Assembly (NCBI GenBank): GCA_014437165.1
Contig: GCA_014437165.1_4090.3
DNA from: a phage
Direction: 5' to 3' (one strand)
DNA: 64,000 nucleotides
Each line of letters opens with the position of its first letter. The first letter of the stretch is position 1. A model generated the notes under the pieces. It was not told the origin of the DNA, did not search any database, and saw nothing but the letters and a program-made list of their open reading frames with translations. The position numbers and the translations under genes are program-made. This document shows positions 9,113 to 18,575 of this stretch, one piece after another.

Positions 9113-9850
9113 TTATACTGAATTGTTAGGATAATATCTCCCATTTCCCCATATTATTCGCACAGCACCACCACCAGCAGCCGTATAAGAAGAATTATCC
9201 CATATACTACCACCACCACCATACATCTTACCAGCACCACCACTACCAGCACCACCATTATATGAACCACCGTAGCTACCACCAATACCATTAGCACCTT
9301 GAACAATGATACCAGTACCACCACCCGTACCAATGAACGAGGTATTATAGAATGTACCACCGCCCCCGCCGCCGCCAGCACCATTTTCACCAGTGATTGC
9401 ATCTCCGTTACCACCTTTACCTGTGTAGCCACCAGCACCACCACCAATGACTGCACCACCACTTACACCAGTATTGCCACCATTACCACCACCATCATTA
9501 ATAGCGTTAGCAGCTTTTCCACCTAGTCCACCAACCGTATATGCACCAGTGAAGCTAACACATAGTTTTTCAGTTCCACGATATAAACCGTTTTCAACTG
9601 GTGTAGTAGTGTTGGTATGCGTAAGAGAAACACTTAAGTACTCACCACTAGTAACCGGAATATTATTACGCCACGATAAGCCGCCGCCAGCACCACGTTG
9701 ACCACCCGGCGAAATAACACATACTGATATTTCGGTAACGCCAGCAGGAACTGTAAATTGTGTTGTTCCTATTGTCGTGATTAATTGTTCACCATGTGGC
9801 TTATATTCAATTTCATTCCCGTACTTAATCATTCTTCCAAAAGGTAACAT
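9113..9850 (-). CDS. glycine-rich (GGxGG / GxGGxG repeat) protein carrying the same N-terminal MLPFGRMIKYGN tag
   Basis: 245-aa ORF; N-terminal ~60 aa non-repetitive, rest Gly/Ser/Thr/Asn-rich; same SD/terminator module as RCC1 paralogs. Confidence 0.75.
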   Translation of the reverse strand: MLPFGRMIKYGNEIEYKPHGEQLITTIGTTQFTVPAGVTEISVCVISPGGQRGAGGGLSWRNNIPVTSGEYLSVSLTHTNTTTPVENGLYRGTEKLCVSFTGAYTVGGLGGKAANAINDGGGNGGNTGVSGGAVIGGGAGGYTGKGGNGDAITGENGAGGGGGGGTFYNTSFIGTGGGTGIIVQGANGIGGSYGGSYNGGAGSGGAGKMYGGGGSIWDNSSYTAAGGGAVRIIWGNGRYYPNNSV

Positions 9851-9897
9851 AATTCCCTCCTTTATTCATTATAATATATTTAATACAAAAAGAAAAG

Positions 9898-9916
9898 CCA
9901 GTACTGAGTACTGGCT
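9898..9916 (-). terminator. intrinsic terminator GCCAGTACTCAGTACTGGC + T-run
   Basis: hairpin + TTTTCTTTTTG on minus strand. Confidence 0.7.
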
Positions 9917-9922
9917 ATTATA

Positions 9923-11110
9923 TTATAATTGTCGGGGTGTATCTAGTACATATCTAGTTGTACTAGGACCACCATCATCATAAGTTCCGGTTGAATATAT
10001 ATTTTTCATATCAGTTAGAAATGTACGATATGAACCTCTATATATTTTTATTTTATCATACATAGAATATGTTATTTGTGTAGGCATTGGACATGCAGTA
10101 AACTTACCAACAGTTGCACTAGTACCAATACCCAATGAACCAGCATAACTACTGGCATTTAAACCAGTTGCATATACACCAGTACTCGTAATTAGTATAC
10201 TAGATTGTGGTGGGTATCCAGTATGAATTGAATACAAAGTACCGGGTGGTAACGTCGTACTGTTATTTCCTAAAACTCCATTAACAGAGCTAGATGTAGT
10301 GTTATTTCCCCATGCCCCATTATTAGCTAACCCACCGACAAGGAACTGACGTGCTCCTGTATTTGGATTTTCAACTAAAGCACTTACTGCACCAGTTGAG
10401 CATCCTGTGTATTGTAACGTTTTTGTGTATGTTGTATTTGGTTGATATAAAGTATATTGATTATATGAAGTCCATGTAGTCGCGGAACTTATACCGGATG
10501 TAACACCACCAATATATAAATTATTTTGTTTATCAAACAACAATACACAGTTATTTGTTGACTGTATTTGTGCAATATCAACATTAGGTGTGACCGCTTT
10601 TACAAATGAACCATCGGTTATTTCATAAGTAGTTCCCGTTCCATCGGCGAATTGTCTAGCACTGTTCCACCCTGTACTCCATATTGTATTATTGTCCATT
10701 AAGAAAGTAAACCACGTAGTACCTCCATACATCTGTTTAATTGAAGTACTTGAACTTTGTGTGTACAAATTTTGAATATATTGGTTATAACTTAAAAACG
10801 TAGTAGTACTAGTTGATAAACCAATATGACTACCATATCCACAGTAATAATAATTTGAGTCATTGTCTTTTACTAATAAAGTTCCTTGTGTAAGCCAGCA
10901 ATCGTTAACGTTTTCTCTAATTAATGTCCATGATTTTAATGCAGTGTTGTTTCCTCTACCGAATTTCCCAAAACTATTATTCCCACGTGCATATAGTTGA
11001 CCATCCGTATACAGAACCACAACATCTAAATCAGTTGGGATTATTTTCTTAATTTGAAGTGGTACTGGGGCAATATTCCCATAATTCATCATTCTTGCAA
11101 AAGGTAACAT
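9923..11110 (-). CDS. RCC1-like beta-propeller paralog with N-terminal MLPFARMMNYGNI tag
   Basis: 395-aa ORF; blades such as LYARGNNSFGKFGRGNN. Confidence 0.8.
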   Translation of the reverse strand: MLPFARMMNYGNIAPVPLQIKKIIPTDLDVVVLYTDGQLYARGNNSFGKFGRGNNTALKSWTLIRENVNDCWLTQGTLLVKDNDSNYYYCGYGSHIGLSTSTTTFLSYNQYIQNLYTQSSSTSIKQMYGGTTWFTFLMDNNTIWSTGWNSARQFADGTGTTYEITDGSFVKAVTPNVDIAQIQSTNNCVLLFDKQNNLYIGGVTSGISSATTWTSYNQYTLYQPNTTYTKTLQYTGCSTGAVSALVENPNTGARQFLVGGLANNGAWGNNTTSSSVNGVLGNNSTTLPPGTLYSIHTGYPPQSSILITSTGVYATGLNASSYAGSLGIGTSATVGKFTACPMPTQITYSMYDKIKIYRGSYRTFLTDMKNIYSTGTYDDGGPSTTRYVLDTPRQL

Positions 11111-11157
11111 AAATTCCTCCTTTATTCATTATACTATATTTAATACAAATAAGAAAG

Positions 11158-11176
11158 CCAGTACAGAGTACTGGCA
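11158..11176 (-). terminator. intrinsic terminator GCCAGTACTCTGTACTGGC + T-run
   Basis: hairpin + T-run on minus strand. Confidence 0.7.
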
Positions 11177-11181
11177 TTAAA

Positions 11182-12330
11182 TCATTGTATAAATGACATA
11201 TCAACTTCTGTATAACTAAGAATGTTTTGTCCAGCAATTCCCCCCATTACTACCATAGCATACCCACAATAATATAATTGCTCAGTGTCCGTAAGTATAA
11301 GTGAACCAGATGGAGTGCGTACCAAATTACACGAACTATTAAACGAAGTATACGAAGGAGTATATGAGTACTGATTAATATTATTACCAACACCTAATTG
11401 ACCAAATCCATTCGACCCAGATGCGTATAGAACTTCATCACCTTTAGCTATATGTGATGCCATGTTACTAACACAAGTATATAGAGTATAAACTCCTGAA
11501 CTCAATAATGTCGGAGTTTTGTATTGTATATCGGTAGATGAAGAAGTACCACCTGTGCCAAATTCGTTCCCGTATTGTGCACCGAACTGTTTACCACAAG
11601 CGTACAAATTATTATCCGATTTAATAAAAAATGTACTTTGATAACTTACATCAAAATCTATAACATCCGAAGCAATCATCGTCACCCCAGTAATAGAAGT
11701 TTGATTACCTGTACCTAACTGATAGTAATAGTTAAAACCACAACCCCATAAAGTATTATCTTCTTTTAGGTATATGTTACCAACTGCCTTTTTAACCGAA
11801 GTTATAGTATCTACCCTTTTGAATGTGTTAAAAGAATTAATGTTTGTACCATCACCAAATGATGATAGGTTCGAGTTATTGTTAACTCCACAACAATACA
11901 ACGTACCATCGTTTGTTATCAAATTCACCTTCATATCATTAAAACTACTCATGTATTTTATATCAGAAACATTAATACCACCTGATGTTATCCACGTAGT
12001 ACAGTCCGTCCACAAAGTTTTTGTATCAGTTACACCAGTGAATGCCTTCGTGTTACCAGTGATAAAAACTTTTCCAGTACCTTTCTCTTCATACAATTGA
12101 CAACTACTACTGTTATCTTCCAATAGAACTCGTTTAACATTCTCTGCACAAAGAATAAATTTACTCGATGCTACACCTGTACCAGTACCCCAATTCGTCG
12201 CAGAAGATGCATACAACTTATTAGTATAAGTATCATGAAGATACATAGAATCACTTGAATATATTTTAAAACGCCTATCCTTACCAGGGGCAATATTCCC
12301 ATAATTCATCATTCTTACAAAAGGTAACAT
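11182..12330 (-). CDS. RCC1-like beta-propeller paralog with N-terminal MLPFVRMMNYGNI tag
   Basis: 382-aa ORF; canonical blade YASGSNGFGQLGVGNN. Confidence 0.8.
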   Translation of the reverse strand: MLPFVRMMNYGNIAPGKDRRFKIYSSDSMYLHDTYTNKLYASSATNWGTGTGVASSKFILCAENVKRVLLEDNSSSCQLYEEKGTGKVFITGNTKAFTGVTDTKTLWTDCTTWITSGGINVSDIKYMSSFNDMKVNLITNDGTLYCCGVNNNSNLSSFGDGTNINSFNTFKRVDTITSVKKAVGNIYLKEDNTLWGCGFNYYYQLGTGNQTSITGVTMIASDVIDFDVSYQSTFFIKSDNNLYACGKQFGAQYGNEFGTGGTSSSTDIQYKTPTLLSSGVYTLYTCVSNMASHIAKGDEVLYASGSNGFGQLGVGNNINQYSYTPSYTSFNSSCNLVRTPSGSLILTDTEQLYYCGYAMVVMGGIAGQNILSYTEVDMSFIQ

Positions 12331-12375
12331 ATTTCCCTCCTTTATTCATTATACTATATTTAATACAAAAAAGAA

Positions 12376-12398
12376 TGCCAGTATCAAGTACTGGCATA
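12376..12398 (-). terminator. intrinsic terminator ATGCCAGTACTTGATACTGGCAT + T-run
   Basis: hairpin + TTCTTTTTTG on minus strand. Confidence 0.7.
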
Positions 12399-12401
12399 TA
12401 T

Positions 12402-13571
12402 TTAAACTGGTGAATCTAATACAAATTCTAAGCTACTAACGCCACCATATGTGACATTTGTCCCCGTGCTATATACAAAATTACCATCAGTTATATAAGT
12501 TCGGTTATACCCACCTGCCATCTGCGACTTACTATAATCAAACCCATCAGGCACGATTGCTTTGGTATATACCAATGCATTGGTAGATGTACCAATACCT
12601 AACATACCAGCTTCTGAAGATTGATTGTAGCCGCAACAATATATACCATCTGTTGTAGCAATAACTTGGTTATAATATGAAGTATTGTTAGCAATGCTTA
12701 CTACATCACCGGGTGGCATTAGTGAAGCAGTTTGAACCTCAAATGCTCTATAATCATTGAGAGAACCATTTGTCCCATCTGCTTGTGCACCAAATATTCT
12801 CGAACCGCCATTTGCGATGATGGTTTTTCCATTTGGATCAGTACCAATTGCCATTGCCATTGAAGTACCATTCTCCGTGTAGTACTTGATATTAATTGTA
12901 TTTCTTAAGCTGGTAGGAGCACCATAATATATAGTATATAACTTACTTCCTGAACTTGTAACTGCATTTACTCTTCCTGTATAAAATAGCCATCCTTGGT
13001 TTGTAACATAACCGTGCATTAAATTACTTGCAAACAATTTAACAGGTAATTGATTTGCTGCGGTCGGAACAGTACTTTTGACGAATTTACCAGCAATATT
13101 GTTAGTTGTTGTCCCATCACCCAACTGACCATCTGACCCCACTCCAGTACTCCATATTGTTTGGTCTGACAGTAACACACTTGTAGTCTGATAACTAACT
13201 GCTATATCTAATATTGGTAATGTTAATGTATCGAATGTTGGCATAGCAGAAGTCCATATTGATACTGCTGCCCCTTTCATACCAACAGTTGTTGAACTTC
13301 CACTGTACCATATTTCATCATTGCTTTTCTTAAGAACTATCGTCGTGGCTCCCATCCAAAAATCTTGAACACCAGAAGTACTATAAGTCCATGTAGTAAC
13401 AGTATTTTTGTGACCTAAACCCAAAAGACCATTTGCATTCTCACCACGCACATATAAATCACCACTGTTTGTTAAAACAGCAACATTATAGTTGTTAGCA
13501 AGTATTTTTTTAATATTTGGTTTAGCAGGGGCAATATTCCCATAATTCATCATTCTTCCAAAAGGTAACAT
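12402..13571 (-). CDS. RCC1-like beta-propeller paralog with N-terminal MLPFGRMMNYGNI tag
   Basis: start at 13571 (Met55 of track ORF) is the one preceded by GGAGG and giving the tag; upstream extension runs through the terminator. Confidence 0.8.
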   Translation of the reverse strand: MLPFGRMMNYGNIAPAKPNIKKILANNYNVAVLTNSGDLYVRGENANGLLGLGHKNTVTTWTYSTSGVQDFWMGATTIVLKKSNDEIWYSGSSTTVGMKGAAVSIWTSAMPTFDTLTLPILDIAVSYQTTSVLLSDQTIWSTGVGSDGQLGDGTTTNNIAGKFVKSTVPTAANQLPVKLFASNLMHGYVTNQGWLFYTGRVNAVTSSGSKLYTIYYGAPTSLRNTINIKYYTENGTSMAMAIGTDPNGKTIIANGGSRIFGAQADGTNGSLNDYRAFEVQTASLMPPGDVVSIANNTSYYNQVIATTDGIYCCGYNQSSEAGMLGIGTSTNALVYTKAIVPDGFDYSKSQMAGGYNRTYITDGNFVYSTGTNVTYGGVSSLEFVLDSPV

Positions 13572-13615
13572 ATTCCCTCCTTTATTTGTTATACTATATT
13601 TAATACAAAAAAGAA

Positions 13616-13638
13616 TGCCAGTATCAAGTACTGGCATT
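13616..13638 (-). terminator. intrinsic terminator, identical to 12376-12398
   Basis: identical hairpin + T-run. Confidence 0.7.
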
Positions 13639-13641
13639 ATG

Positions 13642-14751
13642 TTATTTTGGTAAATCAATTTTAGTAAAGACTGCAACATCCTCGATTGCACCTGGAATGG
13701 CGTAATACGATCCAGTACTATACACATCTCCATTTTTGGTTAATATCGATGTCAAACCATCACTAAAAAGAACATCCCTAATCTCACTAACTTCAACGGG
13801 TAATTGTAAATTGGTAGCACTATATATAGCACCAGTTTGAGAATTGTTTAATCCCAAACCACGGTTCGCCCCAACACCCTTCTGATATGTACTAGTAATT
13901 ACCATTTGTGTAGCAGTATTTAAGGCAGGTGAATTCGTCATAAACAACGGAGAACTATTAGGCAAAGTACTTAAAGGAACTGCACGGAATGTAGTCGTAC
14001 CTGAACTAAGAAAGTTTGGAGTTTGACCACATACGAAATATGATGTACCATTATAGTAATTTAATGCATTACCACCAATGGCTGCATCGATTACACCAGA
14101 ACTACGCAATCCCCAAGTGTTAATTTGTGTTTGGTTCCCCGTACCATGCTGCCCACTACTATTCCATCCAGAACTATATAGCTTATTATCTAATGTAAGA
14201 TACATACTATCATTCGCATTGGTCATTACTTTACGAACGTTCGTAGCACATTGAGTTAATGTGTAAATTGATGATGAACCAATACCCAAAGAACCACGAT
14301 ATCCATTATCTCCTGCACCATAGAGTACTGAATTAGTGCTAAGTACAAATATTAAACCATTTGTACATACAATATTAGCAATTTCACTTACTGGTATAGC
14401 ATTGGTAAACCAATTAGTTCTTTCAACTAATACAGTACTGTAAGAAGTAGTTGTAGAAGATGAGAACCAGTACGTTTGACCTGATGTCCATATCGTATTA
14501 TCATTTTTAATAATAACAAGTGTACGATCACCCACGAAAAAATTAGAAACATCTGCACTTACTAATATCCATGAAGATACCGTGTTGGTATTACCATTTC
14601 CAGATTCACCACCTTGATTTCTACCTATGTAATATAAATCATGTGAATCAGTCAATAAGAATTGGCCTTGGGTAGAAGCACCAACTTTAATTATTTTTTT
14701 AGGACCAGGGACAATATTTCCATACCTAATTATTCTTCCAAAAGGTAACAT
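13642..14751 (-). CDS. RCC1-like beta-propeller paralog with N-terminal MLPFGRIIRYGNI tag
   Basis: start at 14751 (Met8 of track ORF) with GGAGG SD; 8-nt gap to upstream gene (coupled). Confidence 0.8.
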   Translation of the reverse strand: MLPFGRIIRYGNIVPGPKKIIKVGASTQGQFLLTDSHDLYYIGRNQGGESGNGNTNTVSSWILVSADVSNFFVGDRTLVIIKNDNTIWTSGQTYWFSSSTTTSYSTVLVERTNWFTNAIPVSEIANIVCTNGLIFVLSTNSVLYGAGDNGYRGSLGIGSSSIYTLTQCATNVRKVMTNANDSMYLTLDNKLYSSGWNSSGQHGTGNQTQINTWGLRSSGVIDAAIGGNALNYYNGTSYFVCGQTPNFLSSGTTTFRAVPLSTLPNSSPLFMTNSPALNTATQMVITSTYQKGVGANRGLGLNNSQTGAIYSATNLQLPVEVSEIRDVLFSDGLTSILTKNGDVYSTGSYYAIPGAIEDVAVFTKIDLPK

Positions 14752-14759
14752 ATTCCCTC

Positions 14760-15962
14760 CTATTGTTGCCATAACTGCGTTGGCATTAATGTTAGTGTAG
14801 TAATACTATAAGTGCCATCTGGCAATCTACCACCATTTCCATTCCAGCCACCACATGCATATAATTTATAATCTTTAGTAATTATTATGGTTCTGCTCCA
14901 ATCTTTAGATGCCATAAGAACATTGTCATAACCACCACTTATTGCACTAAGATTAAAAATATTCCAAGTTCTAACTAATGTATTAGTTCCATTACCTTCT
15001 TGACCATATGAGTTAGCACCACTACTTCTAACATATGGTGCGTATTGTGCCATAGGTGCACCAATTGATGCATTTCCCATATTACTTGGACAAATAAAAG
15101 TACTGTACTTACTTACATCAACCGTGACCGATGTGTTCCTAATTGGTGTTAGCTGATTTACCGATGTAGTCGTACCATTACCAGCTTGTCCATTACTGTT
15201 AGCCCCGCTATAATATACAGACCCACCAGTAGTAAACCACCAAGTAACATCGTATGTAGTACTAATATGTTCGACATCACTCATCACATATTTGTTCAAA
15301 TATATCATAGAACTAGCACCACAACCACTTTCACCGAAGTTATCCTTACCACAAAACCATGCCTTTTTATTTGATTTAATATAGTGCGTTCCTTGTAATG
15401 AACATGCCATATGTGTAACTTCACCCATATTAGTCATAACTGTTAGTGTGGGTATGGAATTTTGATTACCAGACCCACATTCACCATTGGTATTTCTTCC
15501 ACACGCAATTACTCTACCATCGGTTAATAATATTCTAGTACTTTCACCTATATATACACTCTTGATCATATTAGCCATAACACCAATTTTATTAAATGCA
15601 ACAGTAACATCAGTCCATGTTGTCAAAAAACCATTAACAGGTGTTGCATCTCCATAATCAGAAAATGCACCAACCGATCCAGTGTAGTATATTTTATTAT
15701 CCAAATCAATCATCAATGAACCTTGAACACCAAGCCAAAAGGCTGCACAGTTCCTTGCAAGTACTGTAAATGACGAAACTGCTGCTGAATTCCCAAGACC
15801 AAATTGATAAAAGTTATTACTACCATAACCATATAAAGTATTAGTTGGGTTATGTAGATACATACAGTTTGTATAATGTTGTTGTAAAACATCTGAGAAC
15901 TCTACAGGTTCTGGACCTGGTGCAATATTTGCGTACTTAATCATTCTTCCAAAAGGTAACAT
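14760..15962 (-). CDS. RCC1-like beta-propeller paralog with N-terminal MLPFGRMIKYANI tag; first gene of the minus-strand array
   Basis: 400-aa ORF; SD GGAGGG upstream. Confidence 0.8.
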   Translation of the reverse strand: MLPFGRMIKYANIAPGPEPVEFSDVLQQHYTNCMYLHNPTNTLYGYGSNNFYQFGLGNSAAVSSFTVLARNCAAFWLGVQGSLMIDLDNKIYYTGSVGAFSDYGDATPVNGFLTTWTDVTVAFNKIGVMANMIKSVYIGESTRILLTDGRVIACGRNTNGECGSGNQNSIPTLTVMTNMGEVTHMACSLQGTHYIKSNKKAWFCGKDNFGESGCGASSMIYLNKYVMSDVEHISTTYDVTWWFTTGGSVYYSGANSNGQAGNGTTTSVNQLTPIRNTSVTVDVSKYSTFICPSNMGNASIGAPMAQYAPYVRSSGANSYGQEGNGTNTLVRTWNIFNLSAISGGYDNVLMASKDWSRTIIITKDYKLYACGGWNGNGGRLPDGTYSITTLTLMPTQLWQQ

Positions 15963-16011
15963 ATTTCCCTCCTTTATTTGTTATATCATATTTACCACAA
16001 AAAGAAAACCC

Positions 16012-16040
16012 TTGACATCCTTTCTGGACTCATTTATAAT
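16012..16040 (+). promoter_or_regulatory. sigma70-type promoter TTGACA-17-TATAAT for the plus-strand family A array
   Basis: TTGACA at 16012-16017, TATAAT at 16035-16040, then SD AAGGAGA and ATG 16064. Confidence 0.6.
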
Positions 16041-16063
16041 AGAAAAAATATAAGGAGAAATTC

Positions 16064-16309
16064 ATGAACAATGTAATAGATCACTACCAAGCACTTAGCC
16101 AAAGTACTAAGAACTATATGAGCTACATGAACGCAGAAGACTTCGCATTCTTCCTCTCAAAATTCTGTGCAATCAATACCCTCAAAAAAAGTACTACCCC
16201 AACAAGTGCACTTATGTTGAATTGCTTTATAGAGGACATCTTTGAGGGACTTCAAAACCCTGACGAAAGTAAACGATTCATTAACCTTTTAGTACTGGCA
16301 TCTATATGA
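16064..16309 (+). CDS. small protein, family A
   Basis: SD AAGGAGA; first of a tandem array of 60-80-aa paralogs. Confidence 0.55.
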   Translation: MNNVIDHYQALSQSTKNYMSYMNAEDFAFFLSKFCAINTLKKSTTPTSALMLNCFIEDIFEGLQNPDESKRFINLLVLASI

Positions 16310-16515
16310 CCCAAGAACAAATTATGCAGTACTACCTATGTGCTCTGTCAAAAGGTGAACAGAATAGCATAGAGCATCAACAAATTATACTTGCAAATGC
16401 AAAACGTTCGGCACTTCTGCTTAACTCAGTCAGAAATAACCTCATAAGGAATTTCCTTGAAGGTAACGAGTCTATGCAGTACTATTTCATCTTAACACTA
16501 TTAATCGAGTACTAA
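16306..16515 (+). CDS. small protein, family A
   Basis: ATGA overlap with previous gene. Confidence 0.55.
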   Translation: MTQEQIMQYYLCALSKGEQNSIEHQQIILANAKRSALLLNSVRNNLIRNFLEGNESMQYYFILTLLIEY

Positions 16516-16516
16516 T

Positions 16517-16726
16517 ATGAACACTGAACATAAAGAATTCTACACCAAATACCTTAGCAACGAAGAACAATTGTTTCTAAGGAGTGTATCACCTTTAAGT
16601 ATAGATACACCACACGCCAGAGATTGCTTTAATAATTGTATACGTAGTACTCTAGAAGCAATCGAATGCAATAACAAAAATATTATGTACTCAGGTTTAA
16701 TAGGACTAATCTACTTTTATGAATAA
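16517..16726 (+). CDS. small protein, family A (MNTEHKEFY...NNCI...)
   Basis: tandem, coupled. Confidence 0.55.
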   Translation: MNTEHKEFYTKYLSNEEQLFLRSVSPLSIDTPHARDCFNNCIRSTLEAIECNNKNIMYSGLIGLIYFYE

Positions 16727-16913
16727 TCATGAAGATTTCTATTGTAGTAAACTACACAAGCAAGAACAGCTATCATTCTCTTTAGCACGACCTATGAGAA
16801 AGAATAATCTGTATTATAATTACGATTTCAGGATAGAGACACGTAATGCAATAGAACATACGTTCCCTGCAACTAAGTACCGCTCTATCCTGAACCTCAT
16901 CTTTAAGTTCTAA
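16719..16913 (+). CDS. small protein, family A
   Basis: 8-nt overlap with previous. Confidence 0.5.
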   Translation: MNNHEDFYCSKLHKQEQLSFSLARPMRKNNLYYNYDFRIETRNAIEHTFPATKYRSILNLIFKF

Positions 16914-16965
16914 AAGGTGCAACAGGAACCGAGTACTTTAATATAGTAAGGATAATTGCATTACA

Positions 16966-17151
16966 ATGAATCATATAAGCTACTACTACCAACAACTATC
17001 CGACAGAGACAAGTACAGTCACAACTCCCATGTGTGGTACTACAAACGCGGCAGTATAAGAGACAAACAACATTACTTCTGTATTTCTATTAAAGAAGCA
17101 CTGACAACTAAGTACACGTACCGAGCAGTACTTAAACTAATCTCTATGTAA
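16966..17151 (+). CDS. small protein, family A (…KYTYRAVLKLISM)
   Basis: paralog of 17160-17342. Confidence 0.55.
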   Translation: MNHISYYYQQLSDRDKYSHNSHVWYYKRGSIRDKQHYFCISIKEALTTKYTYRAVLKLISM

Positions 17152-17159
17152 GGAAGAAA

Positions 17160-17342
17160 ATGAACATAGAATTCTATTTAACTAAACTACAACACGCCGA
17201 AAGATTCAACTTCAATAAGTTCAATATTTTCTACAATTGCGGGAACAAAAAAGATAAACACACCTTCCTATATGTCGTCACAAGAGATGCACAAAACGAA
17301 AAGTACACATACAGAGAAGTAATGAAACTAATCGCTATTTAA
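17160..17342 (+). CDS. small protein, family A (…KYTYREVMKLIAI)
   Basis: SD GGAAGAAA; paralog of previous. Confidence 0.55.
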   Translation: MNIEFYLTKLQHAERFNFNKFNIFYNCGNKKDKHTFLYVVTRDAQNEKYTYREVMKLIAI

Positions 17343-17350
17343 GGAATACT

Positions 17351-17530
17351 ATGCAACAATTCTATATAGAACGTATAACCATAAAAGACCGTTTCATGTA
17401 CGACACATTCGTTGATTACTACAACCTAGGAACAAAAAGTACTAAAAATATTAATCTCAATAGCTGCATTTATGCTGTACTAACACAAGATAATCCCTAC
17501 AGGGAAATCCTCGCCCTGGCATCTATATAA
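17351..17530 (+). CDS. small protein (59 aa), family A-like; below the ORF-track cutoff
   Basis: ATG 17351 after SD AAGGAA; ends ...ILALASI. Confidence 0.45.
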   Translation: MQQFYIERITIKDRFMYDTFVDYYNLGTKSTKNINLNSCIYAVLTQDNPYREILALASI

Positions 17531-17540
17531 AGGAAACCAA

Positions 17541-18212
17541 ATGAAACTTAATGCACACAGCAAACAATACCTTAAGCACTTTAAGTACCTCAATAGTATT
17601 CAGGCAGAATCAGTTACATCTGCATATACGTATCACCCGAATGTACTAAAGAAACGAAATAAAAAGGAAAAATCCAGTACAAATGGAGTTAACGTATCAA
17701 AGAACCTTGAATTGTACATGAAGAAAAATAATATAGCTGTTCATTATATGAATATCTATAATACTGATTTAAAAGTATTGAGTACTAATACGAGCACAAA
17801 GGTACTAAAGAACGCATCCTTCATCATCAATATGCAGTTGGATAATACCCCGTGCACTTTAATGCTATACTTCGGGAATACATACTTCTTCGGGAATTGT
17901 AACACCTCCCACGATGTCAATACAGCACAATTCCAAATGGGTGGCATATACTCTACTGATGCAGAAAAAGTACACGAGAATATGCACTTCTGGCAAGCAC
18001 AACGTACAGAAGAAACTGATACAGTACTACAATTCCTCAAAGAACTAGAACACAAAGAACTACAGGAAGAAGAACTATTCATGTACAGTACTGTAATCGA
18101 TAATCCAGTACTCTATAAAAACGCGTACAATCTGACAAAACATGTACAGGAACTTATCAGTACTAATAAGAAAATGCATCACCTCATTACGTATATTACA
18201 AACTATGTATAA
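17541..18212 (+). CDS. hypothetical protein (223 aa); contains EEELFMYSTVIDNP, a possible divergent family C core
   Basis: SD AAGGAAA; long ORF. Confidence 0.6.
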   Translation: MKLNAHSKQYLKHFKYLNSIQAESVTSAYTYHPNVLKKRNKKEKSSTNGVNVSKNLELYMKKNNIAVHYMNIYNTDLKVLSTNTSTKVLKNASFIINMQLDNTPCTLMLYFGNTYFFGNCNTSHDVNTAQFQMGGIYSTDAEKVHENMHFWQAQRTEETDTVLQFLKELEHKELQEEELFMYSTVIDNPVLYKNAYNLTKHVQELISTNKKMHHLITYITNYV

Positions 18213-18390
18213 AGAATACTACAGGGAACATCTCCCAATGTATCTCCAACACCTTGTACCAACAGAACCATTGGGTATAGAAAAAAACTACGAAAAAGAC
18301 TACTTCATTCAGTGCACTAAATCCTCGATATATATTGAAGACTATAATCGAGTACTGTATCACATCCTTTTACTAATATATAGGTACTAA
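18205..18390 (+). CDS. small protein, family A (MYKEYYREH…LLLIYRY)
   Basis: internal ATG 18205 overlapping previous stop preferred over track start 18142. Confidence 0.55.
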   Translation: MYKEYYREHLPMYLQHLVPTEPLGIEKNYEKDYFIQCTKSSIYIEDYNRVLYHILLLIYRY

Positions 18391-18391
18391 T

Positions 18392-18574
18392 ATGCACAAA
18401 GAATACTACACACAATTTCTCCCCAGCATTTTTGAACACTACGCCAGATACAAAGTCCCCCTGGATAACGATTTGGCAGTACTGGGATTCAATAACTGCA
18501 TAGAACGAAGTATAGAAAATAGTAGTAGTTATGACCAGCTATATAACACTATCCTACTTATATTCAGGTACTAA
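18392..18574 (+). CDS. small protein, family A (MHKEYYTQF…LLIFRY)
   Basis: TAATATG junction. Confidence 0.6.
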   Translation: MHKEYYTQFLPSIFEHYARYKVPLDNDLAVLGFNNCIERSIENSSSYDQLYNTILLIFRY

Positions 18575-18575
18575 C

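Noticed and set aside
9154-9701. Track ORFs 9154-9462 (-), 9299-9526 (+) and 9447-9701 (+) inside the glycine-rich gene
   Set aside because: Alternative-frame or antisense readings of the repetitive GGT/GGC-rich sequence; low-complexity products (poly-V, poly-T, poly-P), no SD; the tagged frame 9113-9850 has the SD and terminator module.
11049-11237. 62-aa minus-strand ORF across the terminator between two array genes
   Set aside because: It reads through the terminator hairpin and SD module; an artefact of an upstream in-frame Met.
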